Shown here piece after piece: positions 1-10,904 of a stretch of 64,000 nucleotides of DNA. A model generated the notes under the pieces. That model made no database searches. It had not been told where the DNA came from and worked only from the letters and a program-made list of their open reading frames with translations. Made by a program: the position numbers and the translations under genes. This DNA comes from Scyliorhinus canicula (Eukaryota), in contig NC_052173.1 in the NCBI RefSeq assembly GCF_902713615.1, positions 12,410,152 through 12,474,151 on the forward strand, in the 5' to 3' direction. Every line of letters begins with the position of its first letter. Positions within the stretch are counted from its first letter, which is position 1.

Positions 1-229
1 TAGTTAAAAACTCATAGCTGTGGCTGCTGTACCTTCTTCAGAGCCACAACCACATTTCCCCAACCTTCTCATCTATATGAAGCTGTCCTGTGGAGCATGT
101 CTGAATGCAGTCAGAGCATAAAAGCAATAGATGAATCAAGCAGCAGATAGTGTTAGGAGGAGCCAAACAAAAGGACATAGAGCAATCACATTAAGCTAAA
201 CTGTACATGGAGCCAAGCAACTTTAAGTT

Positions 230-745
230 AAGGAAGTTGGGTTAAACTCATATAGAACACTGGTTCGGCCTCAACTAAGTATTGCGCCCAGTTTTATGCG
301 CCTTTAGGAGGGATGTGAAGGCATTAGTGAAGGTGCAGAAAAGACTCATGAGAATTGTTCCAGAGATGGGGAAGTTTGGTGATGTAGATAAATTGGAGAA
401 ATTGGGCCTGTTTTCCTTGGAGAAGATTGAAACGAGATTTGATAAAGGTATGTAAAATCATGAGGGGTCTGATAGGAGTAGATAGGGAAAAGGATGTTCC
501 CATTAGTAGAAAAATCAAGAAGAGGGCAGAAATTTAACGTAATTGGTAAAGTGAGAAATGGTGATATGAGGGAAAGCTTTTTCACACAGTGAGTGATTAT
601 GATCTAGAATTCACTGTCTGGGACCATGGTCTGGGCAGGTTCAATTGAGACATTCAAGAGGGAATTGGATTGTTATTTGAAAGGAAGAATGGCAGGATGA
701 TAGGGAGAAGGCAATGAAGCGGCAGTAAGTAAATTGCTTCATTAA
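230..745 (+). mobile_element. Degenerate CR1-group LINE 3' fragment
   Basis: Eroded LYRTLVRPQL.YC.QF, LGLFSLEK and F.QRV motifs, similar to other CR1 copies in the window. Confidence 0.7.
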
Positions 746-2870
746 CAAGCCGAACGTAACAATTCTGTAAAATTGTCTCAAGAAGAACCAGTATAAGTTA
801 TTAGAAACCAGTAGATTTCAGATGCAGAAGTTTAAATCCAAACTAAATCCAGCAACTTTACTGAAAGATTTAGCTCATTGAATAGAATTATATTTTTTAA
901 TAAATTGTACCAATTCAATGAAAACACGATCAGAAAAAAAACTAAAACACAAGAATTTGAGAAACTTTAATTTCATTGCACCACACACATTAGCGTTCAA
1001 CAGAAATACAATGTTTTTTTCCCCCCTTTGTTCAGAAGAGGCTCGTCTTTCTACAACAAAAGGTCGTCTTGCTTCATACACTGCCCGCAGAAAAATAAAG
1101 TGGGTATCCTTCACCCAGCCTTTGCTTATACTGCTCTGAAGCCAGCCACTGTTACACACGCAAGAACAGCTCAGGTGCTGCACAAATCCATCTGCTATTG
1201 TCCCATCCTTTCAATGTGGGGAAACAGTTAGTTAGCCCCTGTTTGGCAGCTTTGCTCAGTATCATAGCTGAATTTTAAGTCCACACTTATGTCCTCTCCT
1301 TGAAACATCAGTGTCCATCTTTAGAAAGCAGAACAAGACAGAATGCTAATTTAATCTGCCAGGAGGTGGTACACATTTCCGTAGGAGGGCACTCTGCCTT
1401 CCAATCTCCCAATTCCATCCCCATCCTCATCCAAATCAAATAGTACAGCTTAGTAATGGTGAATTAGAATCATTTAATAAGTGAGTGATGGCCAAGGGTG
1501 GGGCTTGCTCAAGACAGATACCAAAAGCAATGGGTACTTGGCAAGCTGACAAGAGCTAGTATGAATGCTTCGATCACTAGATTGCCCTTCTAAAGAATCT
1601 AACCATTTTAAAATGAATAATTCATATTTCACACTCTAAAATGATTAGATATATCAACATTTAAAAAAATGAACTGATAGCAAACAATCAATTAGGTAAG
1701 ATACAAAAGTAACCTGGAAATCTAGGCTATTCTGGATGCTACCAGTGGGAAGGATTAACTTTGGAGAATGGTATTACATATACCCCAAAGGAAAAACATC
1801 TAAAGACAAAATCTTCCTAGTCCAGTCGACTCTGTTCAAAAACAGTACTAATTCACCCATTCTAGTCCTGCATCGGTTTTAATCCTAACAATGTGACAAC
1901 ACTGTTGTACATTCATAGTCATATATAGTCGGTAATATTTATATATATGTCATTTTCAGATTCTCAATAAAATTGTAACTCTTTTCATCCAGAATTTTGT
2001 TAAAATTGAGCCGGTTATCTATGTTTGCAAGTATAAAATGTGCTTAAAGGGCCTTTTTCAAAAGCTGTGCCTAGGAAACCAATTTTGAACTTCTGTGGAT
2101 TTGGGATTTTCTGGCTGCAGTTAGACGATCCTGACATTCCACTATATGTTGAAAATCTCAGGGACGCTCAGAACAATAAAGTGTCTGCTGTATTTTGAGA
2201 CCAAAATTTTACGGTCCGTATTTCCCATGTTGCAGACCCAAACACCTCACTGTTTGTTTTGGCCCTTTAATCCTCCCCAACAATACATTTTCCACACGCA
2301 TCCCTGATTGAGAATAATGCCACTATTACATAAATAGAAACTCCCATGTGCAATTTTAACAAGTTAGAAATCTGTAATTCAGGTAAATATGGAGTATAAC
2401 TATAAACAAAGAACTTGCAAAAGGTTAAAACCATCTTGAAACTAATAACTGTACAGATGATTTGGGAAACTTAATCCCCCCTTAAACAAATTGAATGCAG
2501 GCACAGGTTCATTTTCCGAATTCCCCTCTGTCCATTTGGAAGTACCTTGTTTCTTTTTGCACCTCCCTCAGATGCCCATCCTATTATGCAGTAGAACAAG
2601 TCACTAACATACCTGTCATTTGTTTGAGCCAGGGTCAATCAAATGGGCACAATTATGTACTACATATACAAATTACAGTAGATAAAACTGAACTGCCAAA
2701 CAACTACATGACACATTATATTTTACATTACAGCAGTTCACTTTTATATCCTATGTATAATTACAAGCCTTCCCCTCTCTCTTTTGTATTCTCATCCTCC
2801 TCACCCAAAGGCCCTGATACCATGATGAAGTATAGTTCAACCAGATGTCCCACTGGTACCTCACCCACGT

Positions 2871-3050
2871 AATAATAATAATCATCGCTTATTGTCACAA
2901 GTAGGCTTCAATGAAGTTACTGTGAAAAGCCCCTAGTCGCCACATTCTGGCGCCTGTTCGGGGAGGCCGGTACGGGAATTGAACCCGCGCTGCTGGCATT
3001 GTTCTGCATTACAAGCCAGCTGTTTAGCCCACTGTGCTAAACCAGCCCCC
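2871..3050 (-). mobile_element. Short tRNA SINE: different head fused to tail type B
   Basis: gggctggtttagcacagtgg...gggttcaattccc head, then cgaacaggcgcc.gaatgtggcgactaggggcttttcacagtaacttcattg tail and (TTA)n. Confidence 0.75.
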
Positions 3051-4266
3051 AGTCATCTTTCATTTGAGCTTAGGCGGAGCAGGATAGTCGACCGAGGTGG
3101 GGAAGAAATATTACACTAAGCCAGATTCTGTTCTCGCTCAACATTACATATACATTTATACTACGGATGACTAAAAATATATTTTAGTCATATCATATAC
3201 ATATCTACTTTTTATATAGTACTTTGTGTATGTATGTTTTTTATTTGCTCTGGTTTGCTTTGCGATTTTGCCGCTGAATCAAAAACAGAAAGCAGCCATA
3301 CTTATGCCACATACATTGGTAAGGCATCCCTGAAAGCCTCTCTGACGGTGGCATCAGGTGAGCATCCTGGCCAAACGTGGGAATGGCACAGCAATATCGG
3401 AGTGTCGAGCCTCGACCTTTCAACAATGTCATGACAAAAGATGAGCAACCAGCAATTCTTTCTCCACATCTTCTGCTGCAATGCTGCTCTCATCTACTAG
3501 TTACTGACCACCAAATCTCCACGCTCCAGGCACTAAATCAAATACATATTTATTACACACACATTTTAGTCTGATTCACAAACATTGCAATATTGTAGCA
3601 TTCTACAATAATTTTGATAATCTCGGGGGTTACAGTTGATATGTTTGTGGTGAGAACGTACTCATTTCATTTCTGAAAACACCTTTTGTAGTCCAATCTT
3701 CAGAGGGCTTATACAGGTTTGAAAAGAAAAGACAGTAAATACAAACCAACAAATGCTTTGGTCAGGAATTCTTATTTGTACAAAAACATAAACGAAATAT
3801 GTAAATTTGATGACCTGAGGCAAACAAAATCAGCCACAATGTATGTTTAATTAAAATCTCAAGCACATGAATCACTGAAAATTAACCCTCCATATGCATA
3901 TCTGCTTTGAGATGGGACGGATACAATGATTGTATGCATAAATCTAACAAAGTAAGCAATACTTTGTTTCAGGTAACTCCGATTCTAATCTTGGAATAAA
4001 GAAATGGAAACAAAACATTTATGGTATAAGATTACTGTTTTAAAAAACTGCGAAAAGTACATCGGTAAATAACTAAAAAAGTGACAATTTCATAAAAGGA
4101 GAATAAGTAGTCTGAAATTTATATAGTATCCTACTGAATCATTTGTTTTGATAGACTGTCAGTCCAGTACTGATCTTGCATTTTTGTTGTTTAATTTATG
4201 CAGAGGAAGTCTTGCCATCAGTATTCCTTAAAAAAAACCAATTTTGTTGTTTAACATATAGCTCAT

Positions 4267-4472
4267 GGGGCAACACTGTGGCGCAGTGATTAGCACTGCT
4301 GCCTCACGGCGCTGAGGACCTGGGTTCGATCCTGGCCAGTTTGCACATTCTCCCTGTGTCTGTGTGGGTCTCACCCCCACAACACAAAGATGTGCAGGTT
4401 AGGTGAATTGGCCACGCTAAATTCCCCTTAATTGGAAAACAAAAGAATTGGGTACTTGGAATTTTTAAAAAA
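4267..4472 (+). mobile_element. tRNA-derived SINE (tail type A)
   Basis: Matches the recurrent ~215-bp consensus gggcagcacggtggcgcagtggttagcactgctgcctcacggcg...taattggaaaa..gggtactctaaattt. Confidence 0.85.
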
Positions 4473-5453
4473 CCATAAAGCTCATTAATACAATTAGAAC
4501 TTTGAGCGCACAAAGTTGATGAATTATGAACAAGACAGCTTAAGAGAACTTGATGACCATCAGTAGTTGGGAGTCATTACCCAAGGTGCTTCAGCGAACT
4601 TATTTCAAATGTACGCATGTTAAATTAGTCCCCTGTTCCTGCATTTATAGGAAGACAGACATGTTTGTAGATCCCACCTCCAAAATCTGTGGACGAAACT
4701 GTCCCATCTGTACTACAGGACAGTTCTCCAACAGAAGGGAAAAGAGATATGTGATGCCACCTTCGACATATCCTCCAATTACTGCCCTGACCACAATCAA
4801 AGCAGTAGTGTATCTTTTGGGGGAAGGGGATAAAGATTGATTTACTTTTACTTCTGTAAAAGTATCCTGGTTTAAAAACATGTCAACTGCTGAACAGGCA
4901 CAAAGCTTTTTAGCGCATGCGGTTTTTCTTTAAAAAAGCAATTGTTTTGTTGTTGAATGAAACCAATTTTACATGAGCGGACACGGCAGCCATAGTGCAG
5001 GCAAAACTATTCTGACTGCAGCAGCAGGAGAGCTTACGTTGATCTGGGCATCGCAATGTGCTGTCAAAAACATTGCTTTCACAAGCATCTGAGTTTACAT
5101 TGTGAGCAAAACAAAATCAAGACCTCTGCTGACACCAAGTTTTCAAAGCATTTAAAAACATGGCTTCTGTTTAATCTGTTCTTTTCCAAAGCATTTACAA
5201 CTTATAGTAGCAAACTGAAACATGGCTTAACTTCAGTTTGCTACTACTGATGAGGTACATTTCTGCATTGGCAGTTCATCAACACTCGGCATTTGACACA
5301 GGAATAAAAAGCATCCTCATAGTTTCATTGTTTTTCCAAAAGGGTTGCTGATGGCGAGACTCCCTCTTTGAGAATCATATTTAACCCAGTTTTCACAATT
5401 ATCCTGGGAAGCAACAACAGGAAAACATAAATCTTTTGTAATGTCTTCCAACC

Positions 5454-7100
5454 TCAACTCTCTTCTGCACGACAGAGGAACCTCATACTCTGTGAAGCAT
5501 TTGGATAACTGACCATTTGAGTGGTGGTATAACTCATGGCAATCCCTGGCAGTGATTGTGTAACTGCCACCGGTGTAGAGATGGCAAGTGGTGCCATTGA
5601 GACTGGGGATGCCATCGCCTGGGCATAGGGTGCAGAGAGAGAAGCGCTAAGACGGGGCGGACTTTGGGCTAAAGCTTCAGAACACAAAGCATTGTGAGCT
5701 CTAGCTTGCGCTATCAATTCTTGATGAGAAATGGGCTGTGACCTCAGTGTCTGGTTGCTCAGGGTGGTGTGAGTCTCCACTATGCTATGGTTATAGTTGG
5801 TAACAGTGTGCATGGTTGGTTGTTGCGTTGGGTCAGCCCCGGTTTTCAGGATCCCCAACTTCACCTGCTTGCGCAAATCTGCATTCTGTTCCAGAAGGAC
5901 CTCATTGGTCAGCATTAGGCTTGACACCTGCTTTTTGAGTTCTTCATTGCGCTTTCTGAGCATATGATTTTCCTCCTCCAAAAAATTCAGTTCACGCGGG
6001 CGCAGACTAGGAGTGCTATAATCAAACACTTCAAACCGCAGGCCCTCGACCTTTCTCCTTTTCGGATGTTGTTCATAATCACATCTCTCAGTCTCATAGA
6101 GGTCATCCAAACGATCATATCTACAAGTCTCAGGAGAGAGTTCCCTATCTTGTGCTGACACACATTCTACACTTTTTTTATCATTGTCATCACGTTTCAA
6201 ATGCTGGAATTTACATTTGGAACCTCTTCGACACTTGCCCTTTAGAAAGTCCCGGCAGAATGGGATTTCCTTTGTAATAAGAGGAAGGTTAGAGGGCGAG
6301 AGACCAAAAGTCACAGCCACTGTCTGTTGCAAGTGAGCAGGAAGTTTCCCCGTTTTATTGTAGTAATTTTCATCCCCCTTTGTCCCATGAATGAACGTAC
6401 AGTTCTCCCGGGTACATTTACTATTCTGAAAGTACTGACAAAAGATTGATTCATGCCGCATGTCACCCACATTGTACGCCTCAACGTTGTCCGGGTGGAA
6501 GTACCTGCAATTCTTACCACGGTTGCAGACGTTGCGCAGAAAGTCGCGGCAAACATTCAGTTTGCTCTTGCTAGCCTCATATTTGCTATTATTGACTAAA
6601 TTATCAGCATCATCATTTAGATCAACATGGTTGGAGGCCTCAGTATCATCTGGGTGGAAGAACCTGCAATTCTTACCACGATTGCAGAGATTGCGCAGAA
6701 AGTCTCGGCAAATGTTCAGTTTGCTCTTGCCAGCCTCATCAGTGCCAATGTTCACTAAATTATCAGTGTTGTTCCTTATGTCAGTGAGGTCAGAAGCCTC
6801 AATATCATCTGGGTGAAAATACCTGCAATTCTTACCACGATTGCAGAGATTGCGCAGAAAGTCTCGGCAAATGTTCTGTTTGCTTTTACCAGCCTCATCA
6901 GTGCCCATGTTCACTAAATTATCAGTGTTGTTCCTTATGTCGGCGAGGTCGGAGGCCTCAGTATCATCTGGGTGGAAGTACCTGCAATTCTTACCACGGT
7001 TGCAGACATTGCGCAGAAAGTCTCGGCAAACATTCTGTTTGCTCTTGCCAGCCTCATATTTGCCGCTGTTGACTAAATTATCAGTGTCGTTCTCGGACAT
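5454..7100 (-). CDS. ZC3H10: ZC3H10-like paralog, zinc finger CCCH protein with expanded finger 1 (6 CCCH fingers), single coding exon, 548 aa
   Basis: Uninterrupted ATG-TGA ORF. Four copies of CRDFLRN(V/L)CNRGKNCR(Y/F)FH, then CQYFQNSKCTRENCTFIH and CRDFLKGKCRRGSKCKFQH, coiled coil LEEENHMLRKRNEELKKQV and TNYNH..THTTLS motif. Colinear with the ORF at 23219-24421. Polypyrimidine-CAG acceptor ends at 7149, just upstream. Confidence 0.9.
   Translation of the reverse strand: MSENDTDNLVNSGKYEAGKSKQNVCRDFLRNVCNRGKNCRYFHPDDTEASDLADIRNNTDNLVNMGTDEAGKSKQNICRDFLRNLCNRGKNCRYFHPDDIEASDLTDIRNNTDNLVNIGTDEAGKSKLNICRDFLRNLCNRGKNCRFFHPDDTEASNHVDLNDDADNLVNNSKYEASKSKLNVCRDFLRNVCNRGKNCRYFHPDNVEAYNVGDMRHESIFCQYFQNSKCTRENCTFIHGTKGDENYYNKTGKLPAHLQQTVAVTFGLSPSNLPLITKEIPFCRDFLKGKCRRGSKCKFQHLKRDDNDKKSVECVSAQDRELSPETCRYDRLDDLYETERCDYEQHPKRRKVEGLRFEVFDYSTPSLRPRELNFLEEENHMLRKRNEELKKQVSSLMLTNEVLLEQNADLRKQVKLGILKTGADPTQQPTMHTVTNYNHSIVETHTTLSNQTLRSQPISHQELIAQARAHNALCSEALAQSPPRLSASLSAPYAQAMASPVSMAPLAISTPVAVTQSLPGIAMSYTTTQMVSYPNASQSMRFLCRAEES
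6480..7086 (-). repeat. Coding tandem repeat, 4 x 159 bp (53 aa), each unit carrying one CCCH finger
   Basis: cctgcaattcttaccacg recurs at 6504, 6663, 6822 and 6981, an exact 159-bp period. Confidence 0.95.
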
Positions 7101-8917
7101 GTTTCCAGATTATTTCTGCGCTACTCAGCCAAGGCTCTCAATAAACCACTGCAAAAGAAAAAGAAGCCAGGTCTTTTACAATGAACAAGAGATTAATCTA
7201 CAAAGTAACTGTGGTTAATCCCTTTCTCACAAAAACATTGCAGATGCACTAACATCATGGATTCAATTAAAAAACTTATTTAGAGAGTGGCAGAAATTTT
7301 GTTTGAAAAACGCAAGGGAGAAGAAACATTACTTTGACCTGGATCTTGCTACAGTAACGACGATGAAATTATCAGCATTTGCCATCATTACTCCTCTGCA
7401 ACTGAAAGCAACTTCTAGAATCCGCACATGCGCAGAATAACGTGGGAATCAAGAAGTTGATGTCAGTGATTTTACTCTCCTCCTCTGGATCAAGCAAGAG
7501 TTTGTATTTTTATATGGAATATATTAATGCATTACAGGAGTTTTTAAAAAAAACACTGGCAAAACAAAACAATTGCCTTCTCAATCATTCTTGCTTTCGA
7601 AAAAAAGGGATTCTTGTGATATTTGTAGGAATTTATAAATAAAGAGACTTGCAATCAGCAGTGGAAACAAACTACTGAAGTATGCTGAGGAACAAATTAA
7701 AGAAATAGTGCTGATTTAGCTCACAAGAGCCTAGAGTTCAGTCTTCCAACAATTAAATCTTATTGCAACAAATACTATGTAAATAACTGAAAAGTCAACC
7801 GTGGACTTATCACGTGGAATTTCACAACAGAATCTATGCGCCAACTTTACCGCAGAAAATTCTTACAGCAAATAATTTCAGAATTGGTCCCTCAAATTCT
7901 AGTATTTTAAAAGAAATGTTTTAAAAGTTTGATGTCACACTTGAACGCTGTTAATGCCAAAATAGTCAAGGCAGGTATTTGATAGCTACTTGATATGACA
8001 GGTATATTTCAAACTACTAAATGCATTCCCAAATTACAAATTTGCAATATTACACACAAACACAACCATGACATGCTTATGGATTAATTTATACCATGTT
8101 ACAACTTTTATCCATACAGACTATTTATGGAAAACATAGGTATTAAATACAAACAGCATCAAGTTAACTTTTGCAATTTAACAGTGATTTAGAAATTAAA
8201 CACAAGTCACCCAATTTTCTTCGGCATCTTCAACATATATTGTCAACTTCATTGTAAGCTTTGTTATTGGAAATAAATGCTGTGGACTCTATTGCTACAA
8301 TTCACATTCCTCTTACACTACAATGTTTGACTCACATCGCTATTCCTTCACACCCTTTAATGAGGCAATGAAATACCATTTCTTCAAATTTCTCAAGGTA
8401 CTCCTGCCTCACTCTCTCGAATCTAACTAACAGTTACCACTTATTCCGATTGCTCTACCCAGAGTTCTCCTTTGTCATTTTACATCATCTCCTCTATTGC
8501 TAAAATTGTTCCCAAGAAGCTGTGCTTCTTTCATAACAAAAATCTTTCCATCCCCATTAATCCCCTGCCTCCATCCCCTCAACATGTCTTAACTCTAAAG
8601 TATGTCTATCAGAAATGATAACACTGTTCCCATATTTCAAGGGGTAGGAAAGAGGTTGACTCTTCTGGTATCGCTCATATTTCTGGATATGAAGTAAGAA
8701 AAGTAAGTCTGTTCGCCAATTTTCACCCCCTTTTTCTATTAACAACCGTTACATTTTAATTTCTAATAATAAAGTGCTTCTCCGAATTTTCTTCTTTAGT
8801 GCCCCCCAAGCTCCAAATATTGCTCTTCCTACATCCTCACAGTGATTAAGAAACAGTGTAATAAGTTTTGATTTAATCTAACTCATCTTTTCTCAGGACT
8901 TAAAAATAGTTGATTTT

Positions 8918-9440
8918 TTTCTTTTTTATAAATTTAGCGTACCCAATTATTTTTTTCCAATTAAGGAACAATTTAGCGTGGCCAATCCACCTACCCTGCA
9001 CATCTTTTGGGGTGTAGGGGTGAGACTTATGCAAACATGGGGATAATGTGCAAACTCCACACAGACAGTGACCTGAGGCCAGGATCGAACCTGGGACTTC
9101 AGTGCCGTGATGCAGCAGTTCTAACCACTGTGTCGCCCCAAATAGTTGACTTTTTACCTCTCTTTCTCCAACCTAATTATTACATCCCTCTTTACCTTAT
9201 CTTTTCATTTTCTTTTTTTTTTTAAATTTAGAGTACCCAATTATTTTTTCCAATTAAGGGGCAATTTAGCGTGGCCAATCCACCTACTCTGCACATTTCT
9301 GGGTTGTGGGGGCGAAACCCACGCAGACACGGGGAGAATGTGCAAACTCCACACAGGCAGTGACCCAGAGCCGGGATCGAACCTGGGACCTCAGCGCCGT
9401 GAGGCTGTTGTGCTAACCACTAGGCCACCGTGCTGCCCAT
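8918..9440 (-). mobile_element. Two adjacent type A SINEs (about 8918-9140 and 9213-9438)
   Basis: Consensus match. Flanking direct repeats aaatagttga.tttt and atcttttcattttct. Confidence 0.88.
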
Positions 9441-10904
9441 CTTTTCATTTTCTGTAGTGCCTCATAGAACAGCCTTAGTGCCTACGTTTTTTAATTTTAG
9501 AAAATCATCTTGATCAGCATTTTGCATCCAAGAGTATGGGTTTGATAGCAGCACATCACCAGAGAGGAGGAAAGGACCTGTTGCATTTTATTTTCTGCTA
9601 CCAGAGGCCTATTACTGACAGTAATCTAAAACATGTAAATGAGATTCAGTTGCATAGAAAGTGTAAATTGTTGGTCTAATTCCTTATAGTTCCATGTGAG
9701 AATGTCACAACTATCTGACAAATTGCTCCAAGTTCAGTACATCAAACTTAAAAAAGTTGATTCCAAGAGCAGCATAATGTCGACAAGTGATATCGTGCAA
9801 TTTGAAGTTGTTTTGCATCCTTGAGAGATTTGAACTTTACAGTGCGGCTCCAAATTCACAGAATATAACGTTTTGGTAAATAATTCCAACCAATTTCTGC
9901 TCCAATTTTTGATTACTGAACTCACTTTAATGTTACTATGCGGGGCAGGAAGGGCATTCCTTAACTATTTTTTCACCCAAGAAATAAAGATGGGACAGAG
10001 TACCCAATGACTATTGTTTTTTTGAAAAACTATATAGCAATCCAATCCAGTCAAAAAGCACATCAATGCATTCTGCCTCTCATCATCACCAACTCAGTAG
10101 GTAAATTAAACTTATAGTGTCGTACTGAGTAGCCATATAGGACAGCATGGTGCCAGGTTCACCCAGCTTACACTAAATTATCTCAACCAAGACAGCTGTG
10201 GAAGAATAAAATAGACATTAACTTCCCTTGATTATTAAAATCAAACAAAAAGCTCTAGCTTGAACACCATTAAAAAGTACACATATGGACAGCAGTGGGC
10301 ATAATATGGACATAATTAAGCTTGCCAGTGTGTCTCCATGGTTGAGTAGTTATCAATATTTATACGGGTTAATAATGACCACTTAGACAAAGCACTAAAG
10401 GAATCTGTCACCTGTGGGCACATACCTCACAGAGTGAGGTACGAGCTTTAGGACGGACTGGGAAAAAAGCTAGGCAGGACAGAGTGAGAGGGGGGGGGGG
10501 GAAGAGATCAGGATCTTCAAGATCATCTCTGATGCATTTCACAATGTACGATCCCAATAATAGCTGCAAATGAAAGGAGAAATCTGCTCCTTCCAGACAG
10601 GATGACAGAGAAAAATAATTTACCCTCCCTCATACCTTTTAAGTGATTGATCAAAGATCGCTGCTTAACTCCTCCTCTGCTGCTTGAATGGCAAAAGGTG
10701 CAGTGACCTAAAGTGGAAGATGGGGATTAAGAAACATTGTATAACTAAATATTCAAGATAATTTTAATCCAGTTGTCAAGATGTTTTTTAAAAAATCAAC
10801 TTATTTACTTAGAATCACAATGGTAACACAGTGGTTAGCACTGTTGCTTCACAGCGTCAGGGTCCCAGGTTCGATTCCCGGTTCGGGTTACTGTCTGTGT
10901 GGTG

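Noticed and set aside
1010-1110. Possible plus-strand exon after a strong polypyrimidine-CAG (about 1035), reading EARLSTTKGRLASYTARRKIK
   Set aside because: No recognisable homology or partner exon in the window. Cannot be supported without RNA-seq.
5454-7100. ZC3H10-like copy as a processed retro-pseudogene
   Set aside because: The parent CDS is itself single-exon. The copy keeps the homologous intron acceptor and upstream exon, has no polyA/TSD, and its ORF is intact.
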